Shown: positions 56,305-64,000 of the stretch, piece by piece | Numbering within the stretch: the stretch's first letter is position 1 | Layout: every line of letters begins with the position of its first letter | Source of the DNA: Azolla caroliniana | Lineage: Eukaryota > Plantae > Polypodiophyta | Direction: 5' to 3' | Length of the DNA: 64,000 bases | Assembly: GCA_043228905.1 (NCBI GenBank) | Contig: JBHGNT010000018.1 | Location: forward strand, 8,556,001-8,620,000 | Notes under the pieces: model-generated | Databases searched by the model: none | The model's input: only the letters and a program-made list of their open reading frames with translations | Told to the model about the DNA's origin: nothing | Position numbers and translations under genes: made by a program

Positions 56305-59300
56305 ATAATCACGTTACCTTACTAGATTATTGTAAATTGTCTATTCTACATGTAGGATTTTAGAAGCTTCCAGAAAGCTCCAGAATCTTGTGCATGAAAA
56401 TGAGTCTTTGCATGGGGCTACATTTAGAGCCCATAAACATGTAAAAATACAGGGGTTCACCTTGGCCTTAGTCAAGGTGAACAACACCAGTTACGGAATC
56501 ATAATTCAGTTCTTTTTCTCTTGACTACTTTCTCTCTCTCTTTCTTATTTTATTGTCTATGATCTCTCTCTCACTCTCTTAGTATATAGCCTCTCTACTT
56601 GTCCGTGACAGTTTGTTCAACTTCCATCTCCAAAGCCTCATCATGTCAGATTCTACCGAGAACATAAATCAACTATTGGCAGCCATGCATCAACATCAAC
56701 TTGAAAATGAGAATCTTTGGGAATCTCTCCAAAAACTCCAAGCTAGGACTCCAATGGAATTGGAGAATGAAGAACCCAAGTGCCCTCCTACATCAAGGAA
56801 TCTCTAATCTATAGACCTTGGCCCCTCGTCAATCCTCGCTCCAATTCCTCTTCACCCTAGTTCAACTATAGAACCCAATGTTAGTTTACCCGACAAGTTC
56901 GATGGCGCAAGGGCGCGATTCCGGAGGTTCATAAATTAGATCAAGCTTATTATCCGGCTACAACCCCAAAGATATGCAAATGAATTTTACCGAGTTGGCC
57001 TCATTGGGAATCTCCTCTTGGGAGCCACACAAAGCTGGTTTGCACCTTTGGTCGAAACATCATCGCCACTTCTTGACAATTTTTTTGCTTTCCTAGAACA
57101 GTTCGAGGCGACATTTGAGGATACGGATCGGCGTCGAACAAGCCTTACCAAACTCTATTCATTACATCAAGGTAAGAGTCCAATGTCTGTTTATGCATCT
57201 GAATTTAGACAATTGGCATGTGATGTTTAGTGGGACGACCAAGCCCTTTGCGACCATTTTCGTCGAGGCCTTCGAAGTGATGTTAAGAATCTACTATTAA
57301 ACTTCCCGGAGCCAACTTCATTATCACAAGCCATCAAGCAAGCAGTCAATTGTGACAACCGCCTTTTTGAACTTCGACAAGAGGAACGGGCGACTTCCAA
57401 GTTGTCGCCCTTTCTCCACGTTAAACCTATGGTACAACCCCAAGTGACTACAAGATCTTCTCCAATGACATCGTTCAATGATCCTATGCTGATGGAAATT
57501 GATCGAGCTCGAGCCCCACTCACCACAACCGAACAACACCATCGACGAACCAATGGGCTATGTCTATACTGCGGCGCCTCTACCCATCTAATTCATTTTT
57601 GTCCACTCAAATGCAATCTGTGACAAGTCTATCTCAATGGGCAATGACTCAGAGTTGAGTACCCCAGCTTTGGTTTCTATGAAAGCCAATCTGGACTCGC
57701 TTACATCCAAATATGGTGACTTTGTTTATGTGTTCGAGAAGAAGAATGCAGATCACTTACCGAAGCATCTACCATATGATTGTCCGATCAATCTACAGGA
57801 GGGCACATCTCCACCCTTTGGCCCCATCTATGGTCTCTCTTAACCAAAACTAGAGGCTCTTCGCACATATCTCGATGAAAATTTGGAGAAGGGCTTCATC
57901 CAACCATCTAAGTCACCAGCTGTCCCCACCTTGTTTGTGAAGAAAAAGGATGGATCGTTGCGTCTATGTGTGCATTACCATAGCCTCAATAAAATCACGG
58001 TATGTAATCGATATCCTTTACCTCTCATCCCAGAGCTCCTCGATCACCTTCGTTGTGCACAGGTCTTCTCCAAGATTGACTTATAGGGAGCATACAACTT
58101 GGTTCGGATTAAACCTGGTGATGAATGGAAGACGACATTTCATACGCGATACGGACACTTCGAGTACAAGGTAATGCCTTTTGGACTCACCAATGCTCCA
58201 GCTGTTTTTCAACATATGATGAACAACATATTTCAAGAATATCTCGATCACTTTGTCGTTATCTACCTTGATGACATTCTTGTCTTCTCGTCGAGCATTG
58301 AAGAGCATACTCACCACGTTAGATTGATTCTCTCGAAACTCAGGGAGCATGGCCTCTATGCCAAGAGAGAAAAATATGAGTTTGATTGCAATTCCATAGA
58401 ATTTCTTGGTTATGTTATCTCCCCCCAGGGCATCACCATGGATCCAAGGAAAATCAAGACAATTCAAGAATGGGCCACTCCAAAACGAGTAAAGGGCGTC
58501 CAGTCGTTACTTGGTTTCGCAAATTTCTATCGGCATTTATCAAGGGGTTCTCCGTCATAGTCCAACCCTTGATTGAGCTTACTCGTAAAGGGATGTCGTT
58601 TCAATGGACTCCATCTACTCAACACGCCTTCGATCTACTCAAGGAAGTTTTTACCTGGGCTCCAATTCTCCTTCACGTCGACCCTACTAAGCCTTTTCAA
58701 GTTGAAACAGATGCCTCTGACTTTGCCATTGGTGCCATCTTATCCCAACCCGATGATGATGGCATCCTACATCCGGTGGCGTACTACTCCCGAAAATTCA
58801 TAGCTCCAGAAATCAACTATCCCATCTATGACAAGGAGCTCACAGTTATAGTGGCAGCTTTCATGGAGTGGAGACCTTACTTGGCTGGGGTGCAACATCG
58901 AGTTCAGGTATTAACAGATCATAAAAATTTATTGTATTTCTCAACAACCTATACTTTGAATCGGCGGCAGGCCCATTAGTCAACTTTCTTAGTTGACTAT
59001 GACTTTGAAATTGTCTTTCGGCCGGGGGCACAAAACATGAAGGTTGATGCTCTTTCACAACGGTCGGATTTTGAGTTGAGCCTAAGGGATGATGCCTATG
59101 CTCAACAATCTCAATGTTTGCTTAAACCAGATCAATTCCAGCTCTTCGCTACATGCATGCTCCATGACGACTCTTTGCTTGAGGAGATAGCCAAAGCACT
59201 TCCCACTCACAAATCCACCAACACAATTCAGGAAGGTCTTATTGATCCGTCTAAATCCAAGACCAAGGAAGACCTTGACCGTTTCATATTCGAGGAGGGA

Positions 59301-59784
59301 TTGCTTTACCGAGACCAACTCTTATATGTTCCAGAGGGATGATGTCGAACTCAAGTTCTCCAAAAGTGTCATGATTACCCCTTGGCTGGTCATTTTGGTG
59401 TTACAAAGTCACTCGAATTAATCTCACGAGGATATGTGGCCTCAACCATGAAGTTCGTCAAGGAATTCATCAAGATATGTGATACTTGTGCTAGATCCAA
59501 AGTCGTCCACCATAGACCATATGGGTTGCTCCAACCACTTCCCATTCCCAACCGGCCTTGGGCATCAATTTCCATGGATTTCATACTGATTTGCCTCTTG
59601 GCCACGGATATGACACAGTGCTCCTCATGGTAGATCGGTTTACAAAGATGGCTCATTTTGCACCTTGTGCAAAGACTATTTCAACAGAAGCAACAACTGA
59701 TCTATTTTTAAAGAATGTGGTGCGGCTTCATGGGGTCCCAGATGATGTCACCTTAGATTGCGGACCCCAATTTGTCTCTCGTTT
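56240..59784 (+). mobile_element. Degenerate Tcn1-like chromovirus, 5' part (LTR 56240-56610, self-priming PBS, gag, RT, RH, IN), interrupted by copia
   Basis: PBS TTGTTCAACTT (56613-56623) vs AAGGTGAACAA (56474-56484). CLYCGASTH, YLDDIL, ETDASDFAIG, then GPQFVSR abutting a copia LTR. Confidence 0.88.
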
Positions 59785-62700
59785 TGACAGGAACTACACG
59801 CTCCCGATGAACGAAGCTCGGCCACAACCGAGCTTAGAATCAAACACAGAAAACAGGAAATCAAGTCGCGACACAAAGGAGAGAAGAGAATACAGGATGT
59901 TTACGTGGAAAACCCAAACTCGGGAAAAAACCACGGCAGCCCACAGACCGCGAACTATCACTATGTCAGAATGTACAATAAGAAAGCACCGAGGCCACAA
60001 CCTCGAGCTTGCTATCTTCGCCACAGGCGGCAGTTACAATTAGAGGCAACGACCTCTTCCTCTCTCTCACTCTCTCTGTACACAGTTGCGCGCTCTAATC
60101 TTACACCAACAAAAAACACGAATGACAACAACACTTTCGCATTGTATATACAAAAAAATTTGCCCTAAGTCATATTTATACAAATATGACTTTTCGGCTA
60201 TTTACAAATATAGCCACGATGGACTCTCAGAAACATATTTACGAATATGTCTCTTCATCCGGTGAGCACTCCTCACCGGGCCTGCATCATCCGGCGCTTG
60301 CCGGGTACTCGTCATCCGGTTCTCACCAAGTCTTCCGTTTCCAGGTACTCCTCATCCAGTTCTCAACGGGTCTGCAACATTCGGCTCTCCGTAGCCGGGT
60401 ACTCGTCATACTGTTCTCACCGGGTCTTCCATAGCTAGGTATTCCTCATCCGGTTTCGGCCTCGGCCTATCGGGCTCGGCCGAGTTTGCTCATCAGTATT
60501 GTTCTTCTAACTTCCCATCCGGAGGAACCTGTTTCCTAGCAAACTCCCCCTTCACTCCGGCATGGGATGTCTTACTAGTCCGATCCGCTTCCGGCATGCA
60601 TCCAGCTTGTCGGGTATCAGTACTTTGGTCAGCATATCTGACCCGTTCTCGGCCGTGTGGATCTTCGTTAGCGCGAACTCCTGGACATCTACTCTATCCC
60701 GGATCCAGTGATACCTTCGTTGGATATGCTTCATCCGGGAATGGTAGGCCACATTCTTAGCAAGGTGGATGGCACTTTGATTGTCGCAATAGAGCCGGTA
60801 TTCATCTTGTTGGATACCGAGCTCTCCGATAAGTCCTTCATCCATAATATTTCCTTGCCGGCTTCCACAGCCGCCATGTACTCCGCCTCCGTGGTTGACA
60901 ATGCAACCGTCTTCTGCAGCCTCGACTGCCACGAAACAGGTCCCCCTACATATGTCATTACATACCCGAATGTAGACCGGCTGGTATCCACATCAGCCAA
61001 CATGTCGGAATCGGTAAAACCGTCAAGTTGAGGTTTTCCAGAGCTGAATTGGAGACACGTTTTTGAAGTGCCCTTCAAGTACCGGAGTATCCATTTGACC
61101 GCATTCCAGTGCTCCTTGCCGGGATTGCTCATAAACCGGCTCACCACTCCGATTGCGTATCCTATATCCGGTCGGGTACACACCATTGCGTACATTAGGC
61201 TCCCAACGACAGACGCATATGGGACCTTCATCATCTCGGCCTTCTCTGCTTTCGTCTTCGGGCTTTGCTTACCAGATAACATGCAGTTTGCTGGAAGTGT
61301 CGATCCGACCGGTTTTGCATCTGACATGTTGAACCGCTGAAGCACCTTTGTCATGTACTTCTCCTGTGATAGCCACAATTGCTTCATTGACCGGTTTCGA
61401 ATGATATGCATCCCCAGCATCTGTCTTGCCGGACCCAAGTCTTTCATTGAGAAGGTTCGGTTGAGAGCCTTCTTCAGCATCCGTATTTGGGCTTGGTCCC
61501 GTCCGACGATCAACATGTCGTCCACGTACAGAAGGAGTATCAGGAAGTCGCCTCCTTCAAACTTCTTCACAAACACGCAGTGATCGGCTTGCGTCTTGTG
61601 GTACCCTTGATCGGTCATGAAGGAGTCGAACTTCCGGTACCATTGTCGGGGAGCCTGCTTCAGTCCGTACAGGCTCTTCTTCAACCGGCATACCAGGTGC
61701 TCCTTCCATTTCTCCACGAATCCTTCCGGTTGCTGCATGTAGATCTCCTCTTTGAGGTCACCATGAAGGAATGTCATCTTCACGTCTAGCTGCTCTACCT
61801 CGAGGTCCATGCTTGCCACTATACTCAGCACCGTCCGGATGGAGGTCATCTTTACTACCAGGGCAAATATCTCGTCGAAGTCCACGCCCTTCTTCTGTTG
61901 GAACCCCTTCACCACAATCCTAGCTTTGTATCTCGGGGGGTTAGCGGCATCTCCCGGTTTCAACTTGTACACCCACTTGTTTCGGAGTGCCCGCTTTCCT
62001 TTCGGCAACTCCACCAATTCGTACATATGGTTCTCATGTAGGGAATCCATCTCATCCTGCATGGCACTTAACCATTTGCGGCTGTGGGTGTCATCCTTCG
62101 CTTCTTCGAAGCTTTCTGGCTCCCCCTCGTCGGTTAGCAGCACATGCTCTGCATCCGGAAATCTCCGGGGGGCTCTTCTATCTCTGAGAGGATATCTCCG
62201 TCTTTGGGCTTCGGTAGCCAACTCCTCCATTTGCTCTTCATCCGAATCCGATTCGAGGTCTTGGCCGGTTCCGGTTTCAGCTTCCTCTACTTCTTCTTCT
62301 GCCAGTTCGGTATCCTCACCATAACCGGCTGGTTCCTCGAGTGCTAACCGGTCTCTTGCCGGTTGGGTCTGCTCCTCGCAGAATCGATCCTTACCGGTCG
62401 ACTCGGAGTTCATTATTGTCTTCTCCGACTCCCAGTCGGCGAGCGTCTTATCCTCCATGAAGATAATATCTCGACTCCGGAATACCTTCTTGTCGACCAG
62501 GTCCCACACTCGGTAGCCGAACTCATCGTCGTCGTAACCGAGGAATATGCATGGCCGGGTCTGTGGATCTAGTTTTCCTCTCCGGTCCTTAGCTACATGC
62601 ACATACGCAAGACACCCGAATACCTTCAAATGTCGGTAGGACACTTCCTTACCGGTCCAGACTCTCTGTGGCGTGTCTCCGTCCAAGGGTACTGAGGGTG

Positions 62701-64000
62701 ATCTGTTTATCACATATGTCGCCATCGACAGTGCCTCAACCCAAAACTTCTTGGGTAGTTTTGCATGCGCCAGCATACTCCGGACCCTCTCCATTATGGT
62801 CCGGTTCATCCTCTCGGCCAGCCCGTTTAGTTCCGGCGTCTTCGGCACGGTAAATTCGAGCCGGATTCCCTTCGAGTGATAGTACTCCTCAAACTGCCCC
62901 CGGTATTCACCTCCGTTATCTGCTCGAACCGCCTTCAGCTTCCGGCTGGTTTCTCTTTCCACTCTCGCGTGGAGCTCTTTGAAGACGGATAAGACCTGAT
63001 CCTTCGTCTTCAACGGTGTGGCCCACAGCTTCCAGCTGTGGTCATCTATGAACGTCACGAAGTACTGCGATCCTGCATGTGACTTCGTGTCCACTTGACA
63101 CACATCCGTATGCACCAACTCCAGTGGCACATTATGTCTCATCGGTGGCCTTGGTCGGAAGGAGGTCCAGTTTTGCTTACCAGCCAGACAGTCATTGCAC
63201 TTCTCCAAGTGCACGTTCTTCACTGGAATGAGGTTGTCTTCTGCAAGCCTCTTCATCCCCTTCTCGCTCATGTGACACAACCTCTTGTGCCATAGCTCAC
63301 CGACAGTGTCGGATGCCACGTTCACTTCTTCCGGGCATAACTGGGCATTCATCAGGTACAACGTGTTGACCTTCCGAGCCCGAGCCACAATCAGGCTCCC
63401 TTTGCTGAACTTCATAACACCGTTCCAGATGCTACCCGTGTAGCCTTCATCATCCAGCCGATCAGCTGATATCAGGTTCAGACGAACCTCCGGAACGTGT
63501 CGGACATCCTTCAGCAGCAACTTGCATCCGGTTGGTGTTGTCATCCACACGTCTCCTATGCCGACAATTCGACATGTACCTTCATTCCCCATCCGGACAC
63601 AGCCATGGTCACCAACTGAGTAGGATGAGAAGCAATTTCGGTTCGGGGTAAGGTGGAACGACGCTCGAGAGTCGACCACCCAGGTCATCTCGTCGTCGGC
63701 AAGGTTTATCTCACTCTCCTCGGTGATGAGCATCAACTCTTCTTCACTTGTCGCGATTGTCGTCGTTCCCTTCCGGTCCGGCCCCCTCCGGTCTTTACCG
63801 TTCCGGTCCGGTGTCTGCTTCGAATCGGTACCGTCGATTTCCTTGTCTTTCCAGAAATGCTGACAGTTCTTCTGGAAGTGTCCCGGCTTGCTGCAATAGA
63901 AGCAAGTAGGCCTCCCCCTTGACTTTGACCTTGTCCCGGACTTCTCCCGGTTCTGGGGACTACCGTTCCTTTGTCTTCCTCATTCCGATTCGGTAAGGAG
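59785..64000 (-). mobile_element. Tnt1/Tork-like Ty1/copia element (3' LTR 59785-60541; continues beyond window)
   Basis: PPT AAGGGGGAG is followed by TG at 60541. The LTR ends ...CCTGTCA at 59785, inside the Tcn1-like integrase. Confidence 0.9.
60552..64000 (-). pseudogene. pol: Copia polyprotein (CCHC, PR, IN, RT, RNase H) with one frameshift near 60835
   Basis: CFYCSKPGHFQKNC, WVVDSRAS, LWHKRLCH, VRADNGGEY, LYVDDML, GFTDSD. The RNase H tail LYCDNQSAIHL lies in another frame. Confidence 0.9.

Noticed and set aside
60708-63922. Numerous short antisense ORFs over pol genes (here and throughout the window)
   Set aside because: Shadow ORFs of coding regions with no independent motifs.

Overview
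Repeat-dominated eukaryotic DNA, most likely from a non-seed land plant such as a fern. This is inferred from the mix of Tcn1-like chromoviruses, Phygy/Selgy-like non-chromovirus Ty3/gypsy elements and the copia gag type; it is not proven. There is one clear host gene: an intronless ~880-aa membrane + ARM-repeat protein of the BLE2/Ptr/At5g18980-like family (31479-34118). The rest is nested LTR retrotransposons. These include a chromovirus with an intact polyprotein (16176-29079, tRNA-iMet primed, TSD GTGTA) carrying an intact self-priming Tcn1-like chromovirus in its 5' UTR (22502-28286, TSD GGATA), tRNA-Trp-primed non-chromovirus gypsy elements, copia relics, solo LTRs, LINE fragments and a hAT-type MITE. 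The most notable pattern is that nine LTR copies from two distant gypsy lineages each carry a tRNA-gene-like A-box/B-box module in U3. It is always antisense to the element, with canonical 43-45 nt box spacing but diverged sequence between the boxes. In the Tcn1-like families it is part of a conserved cassette: antisense tDNA-like module, heat-shock elements, TATA, U3 anti-primer hairpin, self-primer, with a co-varying PBS. Two -1 ribosomal frameshift signals are also visible. All alignments and counts were done by eye.
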